64,000 nucleotides of DNA, from positions 28,024,001 to 28,088,000 of the forward strand of contig OX597820.1 in NCBI GenBank assembly GCA_951406725.2, read 5' to 3'. Made by a program: the position numbers and the translations under genes. Position 1 is the first letter of the stretch. Each line of letters starts with the position of its first letter. Source of the stretch: Octopus vulgaris. Lineage: Eukaryota. Shown here in pieces: positions 25,148 through 38,396 of this stretch. The notes beneath the pieces were generated by a model. The model was not told the DNA's origin. It made no database searches and saw only the letters and a list, made by a program, of their open reading frames with translations.

Positions 25148-28100
25148 CAGATATCTCTATCCCAGTCATGTATTTCTGAATCTAATACAAACCATCCCAT
25201 TATCGACGATCAGACTTCTGGCTCTGTGTGTGCTAATATATGTATCAATGCTCTTGGCCGTCCTTCACATTCTAGTTATGCCTTGTGGGGTCAAAGCAAA
25301 TTTTCTACATCGATGTATAAGAGTCATCACCAATCAGTGCTGTCAAGCGTGATTTTACGCGGAAATACAATAGCAACAGAAATGAATTGAATGTATTTTC
25401 TCTTTTCTCCTTTTTTTTATCCCGTTTCTTTGTTCGTTTTTCAATCATTAGAAGTCAAAATGTCGATTCAAAATCAGCTTCAAAACGGAGAAAAAAATTA
25501 TATCTATACTTTGCATCTCGTACTCGCTCGCATAATTTATTCACTCAACAAACTGCTTATTAAATCGCCGTTTCTCTGTTCATATAGCTATCAATGTTTT
25601 AATTTTTTTTTTGTTTTTGAAAACCAGCATGTTGTCCACTTTAGGTTTCTATATGACGGAATAATATTGTATTCTCTATTGCTCCTTTTATTTGATGACG
25701 GTGTATTGTTATTATAACGATTAAATGTGATGCATTGCGGGGCTCACTCGATTTCATCTCTGACACAGCAATTATTCGCCTGAATTAGAATTTTGTTATT
25801 TTTTCAACAGCACAAACATTTGGTTATTCATCCGTATCTTGTTATTCATTCGTATCACTAATGCTTTGTCCTGACAAATTGATACAATTTTGTTTTGTTT
25901 TTACTTAAGATAAAAGAGATTTCTTTGAGTATTGAATAATAAATGCGTGAGGTGCAAATATTTCTCTAAGGTACTGCATTTTCTCCTTAATTAATATAAG
26001 ATAATATTTGACTAAGCAGAATGGGCAGCCTCCCACTTTTACTTTGTCTGAAGTGTTTTTTTCACCCAATATTTACACGTTTTATCTACATCGAATTCCA
26101 CCGTAAAAATAGAATTATTTTATGTTTTGTCATTTATATCCAAACACAAATTCCCATTCAGTGTGATAAAAATCACAACATATCAACACTAGGAGAAATC
26201 AAATATTTCGTCAATATATTTCACAGCATTTAATGCTGACAACTGTTAAAATATGTTCAAACATATATTACCTTACTGTTTCATGATATTGCAGTTATTC
26301 TATGATAATTTATGGCATTCTCTAAAATAAATTGGCAAATATTCACTAATTGAAACCTGGTCGCACGCTCTAATTGCGTTCGAGATCAGAAGATTAAACG
26401 ACAATTATCATACTTAATTAAATGTAGTGTCACACGAATTTATCTGAACATTATCAGAACTAAAGTACTCTGGCCTCTACTACAATATTTTAAACGTGCT
26501 TTCAAATGTTGATAATTCCTTAGGATATACACACTAGTGCAGCTTTGACAAACTCTGACCTATGTAATCGAAACTCGTGTTCACTTGTGTTAGATGAATC
26601 ATAATTCGCTTGAAAGCTGTTTACTGCAATGTCTGCTTTAAAACTATATTTGCTTGTGAATATCTGTGGACCTTTGCGATGAATGAAAACAAACAAAATA
26701 TTGCAATATAAATGGTTTTATGTCCCTTTGCGCGTAAAGGAAACCGGTGACAATGATCTTGTTGAGACAAACATAGCAGAGTGGGAACAATGAAACTCTG
26801 TACGCAATGTTTTGGCAATGTTTCGTAATATATTTCTAAATAAAACCACAATATCGTGATATTCGTAATTATTCCGTATGGACAGGGCATTTTAAGATAT
26901 CAGAAGGAAATAATCACCTTCTTTCTTATGTGGAAACTTCAAAGTTAGTTCTTATAGTTTTCCGATACTAAACATATGTATATATTAAATTAGTAATACA
27001 AACATTTTCCAAAATATGATGATATTGATCGGGATAATGAGAATTATATTGTTGACTTACCAGAATAATAAATCAGGTTTCAATGTGTTAAATATATCGT
27101 AGCAAGTCACCTATGATATACGTGCGTGGGTGTGCGTATGTGTGTATGAACGTGTGTCTGTGTGTGTGTGTGACTGTGTATATGAATGTATATATGCAGA
27201 TACAAATATATATATATATATATATATTTGTTTAGTAGATCCCTCCCACTCTTCAGCATACGTTCATGCACACAGATGAACATAAGCAACAACGGGACAA
27301 GCACGCGTACATACATGTGTACATGTATGGCTGCATGTGACTACATACGTGTATGTTTATACCTAGCTACATATGCAATGTATTTTTTTCTAATATATTT
27401 GTGTAAATAATTTACTGGCAATGCAATGAAATTGAATAGTACGCTCAGGAAGTTTGAATGAGACAAGATATATAATTATATCGATGCTCAAATATTTGAT
27501 CAATAAACCAAAGAAATCCAATTTTCCATTCCTTGTAAGCAGATCTTTATTGATTTCTTTCCTTGATGAGTAACTTTTTGTTCCAGCGCAGACTTAGTTC
27601 TAGCAAGTATCGTGATCCCGATAAGAAAATAAGTTAGAAATAACGAAGGAAATTTTTTTTATTTAATCATTCAGCAGTTGATATTACTCGTATGCCGTTA
27701 AAGTAACGAATCTTTAAGAGAGATTGCTTCAAAGCATGCATATACCCCGTTGGTATTCTTACATTATCTAATTTTTCTGCCAGTTTATGATAGCACCAAA
27801 ATTCGAATTAGTCTTATCAAATAGTAACTGCTCTCCACGCGATGACTGCGCTAACTACTTTCAATGAAACTTGTCACTAAATATATAATATAAATGCGGT
27901 TCAAAGACCTGTGCTAGAAATGAAGAGTAAAGTTATATAGAACAGCTAATTATTCTGCCTATCAGCACAAAATTCATTTGCTGTACGTTTTCAGGAGAGG
28001 TCATATATATATTCAATAAATTTCTGGGAAACTTCTTGAGAAAATAACGCCTACATGGAAGGTGGAGAATATATGTATATGAATCATTTTCCATTCGATA

Positions 28101-28411
28101 TAGCCTACTTTTCTATATTATAATCTTTATTCTTGATAACTTGAGAAATATATTAAAGCTTTAATACTAACATGAAAATAGATTATGTATAGAGTTGAAA
28201 ACATACATTCTTATGTCCAAACTTTCTGAGAAAATTATTTGCAAATACTAGTAGTTTGATATTTGAGACGGCAAGTAGGTCTGGTTTAAAAGATAAATGT
28301 TACAAAATATTTTCTAGAACTGGCTCTGTATTGTAGTTGTAAGACGAACTTCAAAAGCAATAGTTGAGGCATTCCTTCACAGAAATTATGCTTGAAATTC
28401 AACAGAAATTT

Positions 28412-28839
28412 CGGATCTTTACGGTTTGTATGGCAGTTTTTAACATTTCTAGGTAACTAAAAAACTTTAAACTTCGTATACTGGTAGAATGTGTTTATAA
28501 AACATCTTTTTCTCTTGGCTTTATTGAGAAAATCCTATAGTTTGTAAGATATTTATTGTTTTTTTTTATTCAATTTCTGCAATTTCAACCAATCACTGAC
28601 GTCCATGGAGGTAAAAATCATTCTGTGTCGTATGCATATGTCCCTCGTTTAAGAAACATATTGGGTTTATTTACATTTGTGAAGAAAAAAAGATACCCTT
28701 CCCCCAGCCCCAACCCTAACTAACCCTAACCTTAAAACAGATTGAAATGCAATAGATCGATACTAGGGTCATAATTATGGGTGACAATTTCATATGACAC
28801 CGCATGAAACAAACTGCCGTTCAAATCCGAAAAGATCCG
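28412..28839. mobile_element. MITE with ~29-bp TIRs and an internal CCCTAAC-like tract
   Basis: cggatctttacggtttgtatggcagttt / aaactgccgttcaaatccgaaaagatccg, flanked on both sides by AAATTT. Confidence 0.85.
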
Positions 28840-31800
28840 AAATTTCTTTCAAAATTGTAATCATTTGGTACTCTTATACCGCTTGCTCATAAGGAAAATA
28901 TTGCTAGTTGTTCATATCTTATGAATATATCTTGAAGTAGTTTGACATTGTTCTTTATCTGACTTTTATCGTCATGCGTGTAGGACTTGGGTGAGCGGGC
29001 AGTTATATAACTTCACTACTGTAATGTGTCTTCATTATATCATGTCGGTGTTCTTATAGAACATCAGGATAAAATATATTTATAGAATTAAATACGGTAC
29101 GCTACACACTCAGCCATTACCAAATATATTTGCATGTAATAATTGCTATGTAACGATTCTTCTCAATCGGAACATACATAGATACACCTTTCAAGATAAC
29201 TTGTTCTACTATAGCGAGTATTATTGACAAGCATGCCCAGTTCAAATTGAATTGTAGATGCCAGCCAAAGTTAAGCTGTTATATAAGCATAAGATATTAA
29301 GTGACCGAATTATTGCCTATGGAAAAGAATGCCTTTCATTGTTGTTTATCGGGGTCGTTTTGCATCTGTTTAATTTTACTTTCATGGATATGAGTTTGTC
29401 TGAAATTTGTTCAAATTTCTCAGGCAAGATTTGTTCCAAAAGCGATAAAAGATTTGCTACATTTTACATAATCTCACTCATCGACTAAATGTAGCAGCCC
29501 CTTGCATACTGCGAGGCATGGGAACAACATTCATAAGCACCATTTTGTAAAACTGCTTCTTGGTCCTCACCTTTCCTTTCTGATGTATACAGCTTTATGT
29601 CAAATTACGTTATAAAATCAAGCTGTGATATTTCGGTTTAGTACAACAAACCATGTATTATAGAGGTCGCTGACGGTGCGATAAATTATTGAAGGTGCTA
29701 TTGATATTTACAAAAGAAATTATATTTCGAGAATAATAATGTTGCTCATCGTCGGGAAATTGTAATACAAAAACTTCAAACAGTAGAATAAATGTTTTAA
29801 TATGTTAGAGCAGTTAAAACAACATACAATCGCGTTATGCTTTCGCAGCTTTCTTTTCAGCAATACCAATGTTTTTATAGGATGCAGAATTTATCTAGCT
29901 CTTGTATCATCTATCCTGTATTGTAGTTAAAATCAGCCGATTTCATCTGTTACTTCTGAATATTTTCCGACGACGAATGTTATTAGAGGATAGAACTTAT
30001 AAACATCAAACGCGGTGAATTCAGATACAGCAATTAAAGTGTGGCAATAATTTATTGTTCTTTTCATAGAATAGCACTAAAGTATCGCGAAATGAGTGCA
30101 TTTCCTCCATTTTGTTGAACCAATAATGTGATGCTGAATCAAATGTTTTCTTTTTTTGTAATCCAAAGGCGTAATATTTTTCTGCATTTTTCTTCTTCCT
30201 ATCTAGTGATACTTCGATTAGAAGTTGATTATTTAGTACGTGATAATTTATCTCTATCACAACAATATTTACTCGGTCGTTTTATGAATGAATACTTTGA
30301 TTCTGATTGAAAGCCAACCATGCACCAAAAGCTTTTGAAGAAACATGGAAAGCCTAAATTTAGCTGTAGAATAAATCAAAATAGCTACAAATATTAAAAA
30401 TATTGAAATAATGGCAACAGATGTCTATCAAGTGCAGACAATACATGATGCAGATCAAAAGTTTCGTCACGTTATCTTTATCTTGATATTTAGAGAACTA
30501 TCTATCTATACTTACAGAACTGATCTGTCGGTGGTTATGTTATTTGGGCCGCTAGTTAAGCATGTATGATTGTATAACGACGTAGCAAATACGGAATAAA
30601 ACAACATACGGACAATAAGGATATGTGGCTCACACGTCTCCTGGAGAGATTTCCATATACAATTGCAATGGAGAAGAATGAAAATCTCAGAACTGTTATA
30701 GATTTATGAATCCATCTTGATTAATATATTACTTGGGACGAATTCGTGACGCTATCTAAGCACATGGGCCTTCAAACTGTAACAAATAAGTGGGTATGAA
30801 AGTAAAATGAAAATATTTGGTGTGCTAAGAATAGTAAGGTAGACAAAAATGCTTAGCAGGGCTTAGAACACAACATATAGCGCCAAAGTAGCCCCCATAA
30901 ATATAGCCTACATCCTACATATGATTTGAAATTAGCATAACTCAAAACGCGCAAATTCTGTTCAAATCTCACGTTACATATTTTGCACATTTATTTGAGA
31001 ATAGAATAAAATAGGTGGATTTTGTATGAGATTTTGTGATTAATAATCTTTAGTACACAATTATAGATTCGTGGAATGGTGCATGTAAAAAATTAAATAT
31101 TTACTCGAATATCAATCTTCAGTACATTTGCACGATAAATCTGTTTGTGTATATGTATAAGACAGAACAAATGGAAGTAGAATATTTCTCAGTATAAGTT
31201 CCCAATATAAAAACAAGTCTTGCATATACTATTAATAGCTGATATTCTGCTGATATCATTTAGACAAGGCATTGACAATTCGATCCTCAGGCTAAACGTT
31301 TCTTTTACTCATGTTGAAAATATTTATTAGATTATGTCTATAGTTGTGCACTAGAACAAAAGAGTAGAACATCGCGGCAGTTGCGTAAAGCACTATGGAT
31401 CCGTTCTATGCCGTTGTTTCAGATTGTAACCAATCATGTATTGTGTTTAATTCCTTTATGATTCATGGACAGGGACCATATTTAACTTCAAAAGTCAGTG
31501 TCAAACAATACAATATTCATTTAAGAACTTAAATATACAAAGACAATCTTTGGTGTAACGTTGAGTGGCTAATGTCGAAACCAGTATGTTACTGTTAGTG
31601 TTTTTATGTGAATATGAGAGAAATAAACTAATAGCAAGCTCATTGTGTTGATACGTCAATTAAAGGCATAGACGAGTGGGGATAAAGTAGGGATGAATGT
31701 TCTGAACAATTATTATTTCAATAAATTATAAAAGATTTTTATCGATTCAGAAGAGACAAACTTATAGATAGAGCTTGGTTGTCACAGTTTTAATTTTTCA

Positions 31801-31929
31801 ATGTTTTGTTTGAAATTTGTTACATACACATATACACGCACATGCATACATATAGATATCTAAACAGACACATACATATATCTAAACATACACGCATACA
31901 CATACATGCATAGATACCATTTATACATT

Positions 31930-31972
<43 letters not shown>

Positions 31973-32740
31973 GCAAACACATACGTACACATATATATAC
32001 ACAGTAAGAGAGATTGAGAGAGGGACAGAGAAAGAGAGATAGATAGAGAGAGAGAGTCATAACAGACAGACGCTAACAGTTTGCTTAGCTGCTGTTATAC
32101 GCAAAGTTCATAAGATTAAGAATACTTTCTTCAAGATGTTTGCTTTAAACATGCGTTCCTCTCTTCAGTAATTCCTTTATGAATTGATATATTAATTTTG
32201 TAATTTACTTTGAGAACCAGTTACATAATCACTTGGATTAGACAAGTTATTTAATCTCATACTAGATAGCAACTTATTGGAATTTTTATATGTTCACGTC
32301 TATCTCTCTAACAGTCATGTGCAAAACGAATTAATATACAAGTCATGTTGAACATATATTTGATCGACAGATCAGCTATAAAGACAGAGTGAGAACGCTA
32401 TGCGAATTTTGGAAAACTTCAATGCAGCATAAAAGTTTGTGAATTATGTATGAATATCAGGTTATGAGAAGATATCGAAAAATATTTCTAGTAAATATTA
32501 ATGCGTTCCGTTTTCTGACTGAAGAGGATTTACGTCAGCAGCTCACATGAGTTTGAAGTTTCAAACAATAACTAAATATGTACACGTAAAAAAGTTTTCA
32601 AATACTAACAGGAAATACAAACCCTCCAACCATCCAACTACCCAATCGACCAACTACCCAAACAATCTGATAGACGAGTATTGGCATATGTTAATTATTG
32701 AGTTCGAGTGAATATACATACATATGTATATATATATGTC

Positions 32741-32784
<44 letters not shown>

Positions 32785-32794
32785 CATACATACA

Positions 32795-32825
<31 letters not shown>

Positions 32826-32828
32826 TTG

Positions 32829-32907
<79 letters not shown>

Positions 32908-33051
32908 TCATATATATATGTGAGATGTATTGATATCCGGAAGACCCAAGATGGCAAGTAATGCAACGTGACTGCTACGGGAGGACCGTAGTTAGACTCT
33001 CAGTTCGATAATAATACGATTGAGGCGTTCAATGCGGGTCTTGTGTGAGCA

Positions 33052-33582
33052 TGTTTATGTTAAGTAAAATGAGACAACAAAAAAGTCTATGCGGAATTTA
33101 TAAGGCATTTGTAAAGAGAAAGGTAGTCTTACAGCTGTTTCTGGGAGTTAGCAACAAGGAACTAGCAGAATCCAATATAAGGAGTTATTTGGGAAAATGA
33201 TGGATATAGAGAAAATAAAGGGAAATAAGAGAATATAAAAAAATATATAAAATATATGTAGGATGTTACAGAAATATTTCTACCCATTCTACACAGCAAT
33301 TTCCTTGAATAATGGTACTGCTACTGTAACAAAATACATATATGTTTATTTTTATTTTTATTCTCTTATTTCCCTTTATACTTCCTATATCCATCGTTTT
33401 TTTAAAGGAACTCCTTATATCGAACTCTACTATTTCCCTCTAGTTAGCACTCTCACATCGACTCTGACGAAGGAATATCCCTAATATCCCAGAAACAGCT
33501 GTAAGACTACCTTTCTCATTATAGATATCCTATAAATTTCACACAGCCTTGGATTTGTCGTCTCATTTCATTTAACACAGAC
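33052..33582. mobile_element. Large inverted-repeat cassette (arms ~220 and ~260 bp), Penelope-like; hammerhead motif in right arm
   Basis: Arm matches include gagaaaggtagtcttacagctgtttctggga / tcccagaaacagctgtaagactacctttctc and aaagggaaataagagaat / attctcttatttcccttt. Confidence 0.8.
33462..33506 (+). ncRNA. Minimal type-I hammerhead ribozyme-like motif
   Basis: ct-CTGACGA-aggaatat cccta atatccca-GAAA-CAGCTG-TA-ag: intact core boxes, palindromic stem III ACAGCTGT, GUA site; stems I and II are weak. Confidence 0.6.
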
Positions 33583-33936
33583 GCGCGCACACTCACAGAC
33601 ATATTAATATAAGCAGCTAGGCGCAGTATAAGACAATAAAGGAAAACTTTAACCGTCACTAACTGTGACCGAGGTTGCAGGAGAGCACCTATATTGCAGG
33701 AAACACTTGGATTATTTATTCATAAATTCATTCCAGTTGCTTTATCATGTTGTTACATAGTTTTTTTTCTATTTTTCTTTATCCCTTTTACGGTTGTCCA
33801 AATTATATTCTCATACCTATTTTTTCTTCTATTTTTTCTCGTACTCTTTTTCTCAGTTAGTTTCATCTTTTTACAATCCTTTTTTCCCTTTCCCTCATTA
33901 TTCTGTTTCTTCTCTTTCTCTCTCTCTTTTCATTCT

Positions 33937-33988
<52 letters not shown>

Positions 33989-34358
33989 TCGTATATTTAT
34001 CTGCAAATTGCTTTCTTTCTATTTCCTTCTCAAAATACTTATAAAATCTGTCGCCATTTGCCCAACTCTTGGCATTAGTTCCCGGTAACTTAAAGCAATG
34101 AAATGTTCCCTGGTGATCCGACCTGGTTAAGTGTCCAAATGCTTTTGGAACATCCAGCGCAGTTTTCCAAAGAAGTACAATGGAAAAACGTACGTAAGAG
34201 CTGATAATATATATATACAACGACTTCGAACGCACAATACTGACAGAGAGACTGACAGGCAGATGCAAAGAAAATGCCACTTGTATATTAAATACTATGC
34301 AAATATTGTTTTCAAAAATTTTTTTTTTAATTTTTCGACAATTTATTTTCCATACTTA

Positions 34359-34394
34359 CAGTTGAAAAAGTCTCAATGACTGAAACCGGTACTG
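34359..34394 (+). ncRNA. Decayed minimal hammerhead-like motif
   Basis: cag-TTGAAAA-agtc tcaat gact-GAAA-CCGG-TA-ctg: all three stems intact, two substitutions in the CUGAnGA box. Confidence 0.55.
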
Positions 34395-34483
34395 AAATGT
34401 ATTTTATAAAATTATTTTAGCATTTTCTACATTTTCTACCTTGACATTTTTCCATATATATATATATTTGTAATATAATATAA

Positions 34484-34640
34484 GACAATAATTCCGTTGC
34501 TATTATAAAACTCCGAGTTTCGGAAGTCGGGGCGGAAACCTTCATATTGTTATTCCCTCGATAACGGAGAAGATGCCGGAGCAGGTTTCCGCCCCGACAT
34601 CCGAAACTTGGAGTTTTATCATGGCAACCGAATAATTGTC
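34484..34640. mobile_element. Inverted-repeat cassette (~58-bp arms) homologous to the hammerhead-bearing insert at 57578-57665
   Basis: gacaataattccgttgctattataaaactccgagtttcggaagtcggggcggaaacct / aggtttccgccccgacatccgaaacttggagttttatcatggcaaccgaataattgtc. Confidence 0.85.
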
Positions 34641-34717
34641 ACATATGCTACAAATAAATTCCTCTATTTACATAATATCGAGGTCTGTTTCATTCTTTTC
34701 TTGTCTTACCTTTACTA

Positions 34718-34772
<55 letters not shown>

Positions 34773-35400
34773 AGAGAGAGAGAAATAGATAGATAGCTAT
34801 ATGCATACATGCATACATACATACAATTTTGCACCTTTTGCCTGACGAAACGAACACGTATTAATATTCCAGTCTATGAATTTTGCAAAGCATATTTGTA
34901 ATATCCTATGGATGAGGAATACAACAAATAAAATACGACCTTTGTGGAAATGTACGCAGCACAAAAGGATTTGTGAATTTCCATCCAAAAGTTCTTATTA
35001 TTACTAGATTCATACATATACACCTATGCATTCATATGCAATTTTATGTCAGAGAGTATGAATATGTTACTCTGCGCGTATCTTTCGTGTTGATATTTGA
35101 AATCGCACACATATAAACTTTACAAAATAAAATATTGACAGATGATTATTGGAGATGTCGCTGTTTAATATAAAAATGAAATAAATATCATATTTACAAT
35201 AAAATCGCATGAATACAAAGTAATTGTGTTTGTAACAGCAATTTTCAACATTTCTAAGTTCGGTATTTGCTGACAGTTAATATAATAGTGCAGACGAATA
35301 GAAACTGTGACAAAATTGTTGTTTTAAAAGTTTATACTTGGAACAATAAAATAGAAGTACGATCGATTATCTTGGTTTATATTTGTTTCCAACAAAGTTA

Positions 35401-35616
35401 TACTCTTTTATATGTTTCAGTTAACCTGACTACGTCCATGCAGGAGCAGCACCTTTAGTCGAGGAAATCGACCCCTGACCTATTTATTGTAAGCTTAGCA
35501 CTTATTCTATCGGTCTCTTTTGCCGAACCGCTAAATTGCGGGGATGTAAACACACCATCATCGGTTGTCAAGCGATGTTCGTGGGGGGACATACACAGAC
35601 ACACAAACACACCTAT

Positions 35617-35668
<52 letters not shown>

Positions 35669-35833
35669 GACGGGCTTCTTTCAGTTTCAGTCTACCAAAT
35701 CCACTCAGAAGGCTTTGGTCGACCCGAGGCCATAGTAGAAGATACTTGCCTAAGATGACACGCAGTGAGACTGAACCCGGAACCATGTGGTTGGTAAACA
35801 AGCTATTTACCATACAGCCACGCCTGTACCTAT
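35401..35833 (-). mobile_element. SINE family B, full-length
   Basis: Reverse complement ataggtacaggcgtggctgtatggtaa...gggttcagtc...aagaagcccgtcg-(TA)(TG)-...gactaaaggtgctgctcc...taaaagagta. Confidence 0.88.
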
Positions 35834-36077
35834 GAGTAATAAGTAATACTTTTCAACATATTTAAGCAATATTATAAATTTTCTAAGATACTCACCATAA
35901 ATGTAAAACGAAAAGCAATTGCAACACACTACATTAAGCCTCATAACACAAAGCTTGATGGGAACACAACAGAAAATGCTTAAATACATTATAAAATTCC
36001 CTATAGTCCCCACAGACGGTAGGTTACGGATGCAATACTAATAACGCAACGCTATATTCTTTTACATTTCTACTTAA

Positions 36078-36470
36078 TCTATCTATATCTATATAAAGCT
36101 GAAGTTGTCTGTGTGTGGCAGATTTGGTAGCCTTCAACTAACACTATTTCCACCGAGACCCTGCGGCGCAAGTTGACCAAAATTGAGAGTATGATAGAAG
36201 AAGGCTTGCTCTTCCTTCCGTAGAAAATAAAATTCAAATCCGGCCATGTTAACACTAAAAATTGTTAACATTAAGGTGCTTTTTTTCTATGAAAATCCCT
36301 ATTTTTTACGATTTTTTGACTGCCGTGTCATCATTTTTCGGTGTATTTCAACCAGAGAAATGTTCACTTAAAGAGAATAACAAGCTACATAATGCAAAAT
36401 TTTTACTTTTCAAAAATTTCAATTCTAAAGGGTCGAAACAAACCCGAGCAATACCGGGCCATACTGCTAG
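36078..36470 (+). mobile_element. Full-length non-autonomous Helitron-like element
   Basis: a|TCTATCTATATCTATATAAAG ... CCCGAGCAATACCGGGCCATACTGCTAG|t. Confidence 0.8.
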
Positions 36471-36749
36471 TACACAATAAGCAAAAAGTTACAAATTCAA
36501 ATACGATAACGTAGAACGGGTAGGAGTTTTCCACATAAATATAAGTCACCGAAAGGAAATAGAACAGCACTAAAACTAAAAACCCTCCACAAAATGTAGG
36601 TGATACTGGGAGAGGCTTGGAAAATGTAATAAAGATGAATCTAGGAAATGTATTTCTCCAGACAATCTATAAATGTCTGATACACTGATACGAAACAACA
36701 GAGGGTCTCTGTATGTATGTATGTCTGTATATGTGTATGTATGTATCTA

Positions 36750-37134
36750 GGAGGCGCAATGGCCCAGTGGTTAGGGCAGTGGACTCGCGGTCGTAGGAAT
36801 CGCGGTTTCGATTCCCAGACCGGGCGTTGTGAGTGTTTATTGAGCGAAAACACGTAAAGCTCCACGACGCTCCGGCAGGGATGGTGGTGATCCCTGCTAT
36901 ACTCTTTTACCACAACTTTCTCTCACTCTTACTTCCTGTTTCTGTTGTACCTGTATTTCAAAAGGGCCGGCCTTGTCACTCTCTGTGTCATGCTGAATAT
37001 CCCCGAGAACTGCGTTAAGGGTACACGTGTCTGTGGAGTGCTCAGCCACTTACATGTTAATTTCACGAGCAGGCTGTTCTGTTGATCGGATTAACCGGAA
37101 CCCTCGTCGTCGTAACCGACGGAGTGCTTCCAAC
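36750..37134 (+). mobile_element. tRNA-derived SINE family A, full-length with 13-bp TSD
   Basis: A and B boxes present. TSD atgtatgtatcta at 36737-36749 and 37135-37147. Confidence 0.92.
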
Positions 37135-37488
37135 ATGTATGTATCTATGTATGTATAAATAAGACAATACATATACGAGTATATGAGTACTCATGTATAT
37201 TCTCCTGTTTAATTCTCAATTTTAAATACTATTGAAAATCTGTTGCTAGTCGCAATATACTTTATGAAGATTCTGCGCTTTTGAAAATAATTTTCCATAA
37301 AATTCTTATAAATACCACTGTCTTTACATGCATTTTTTCAGTTAAATGTTAGTCTCTTGTGTCTATAAAATCCAGATGTATAAAGACAAAAATGTATACA
37401 CATTACCAACGATTTAATCGGTTAATAAAGTCATGAGAGATGCAAATATATAGTCATTATAGAATACAAGCTAAAGATATTCTTGATA

Positions 37489-37556
<68 letters not shown>

Positions 37557-37636
37557 GATTAGTCTATTTATCTGTCTGTCTGCCATTCCATTCATCTATA
37601 GATAAATTTGATATATCTACTTTAGACTAGATAAAG

Positions 37637-37674
<38 letters not shown>

Positions 37675-37721
37675 GTATGTATATTTATGTGTGTGCATGA
37701 GTGTATGAGTCGTGTGTGTGT

Positions 37722-38396
37722 GTGTTAGAATACAGAATGCTGCATTATTTGCCGTCGAAGAATTTCTCATAAAAACTCGCAGTTCTTAAAGTGTAAGTAA
37801 TCATATCGCGACAGACCAGAATCGTCTCCTACTGGCGCCTTTAACGGGAGATTCGGATGTTATCGCGCTGCTGGATATCAATCACAAACGAACCTATACC
37901 AAGGCGAAATCATTTATCTAGAAGTTCCGGCGGCCGCGGGAGACAATTCTCGTCTGTCAACAATGTAATTGCGAGTGCTTTTAAACACCCAAATTCTAAC
38001 GAAAGATTTATCTCAAGGCAAATCACACTGTAGGCTCTGTTCCAACACAAACTCCACGTTAAGATAGAGATCAAAATTGCCTTTCAAAATTAATACTGCT
38101 TCTATCGCAATTAATCATTTGTTAATAAACTCAATGGATATTTGCCATACTTGGACCTAAACAGACACTGAGATCATATGGTTGAAAGGAGAATCGGCTG
38201 TTATCATGCAGCTGGACATTTGTCATTAAAGACCCTTTCTCAGGATAAACTCACCTGATCTGGCAGTGCCGGCGGCCGTAGTAAAAGATTCTGGTCTGTA
38301 CACAATAAAATTACGAGTGCTCTTCAGAACAACGAGTTCTTATGAGAGACCCTCTCAAGTTAAATTACGTAGTATTCTGTGCTCCAACACCAACTT
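37722..38396. repeat. Three diverged ~125-bp modules: one inverted (37722-37840) and two direct (37927-38053, 38269-38396)
   Basis: Shared ccggcggccg..attct.gtctgt...caat..aatt.cgagtgct.tt....tctcaag..aaat...ctgt..tccaacac.aact. The reverse complement (acagaccagaatc, tctcataaaaactcg) lies at 37.74-37.84 kb. Confidence 0.7.

Noticed and set aside
28700-28735. CCCTAAC telomere-like repeats
   Set aside because: Only two or three imperfect units inside a MITE; not a telomere.
32515-32545. CTGAAGA at 32518 and CTGATGAAAC at 21703
   Set aside because: No correctly placed stem II, GAAA and stem III; chance matches.
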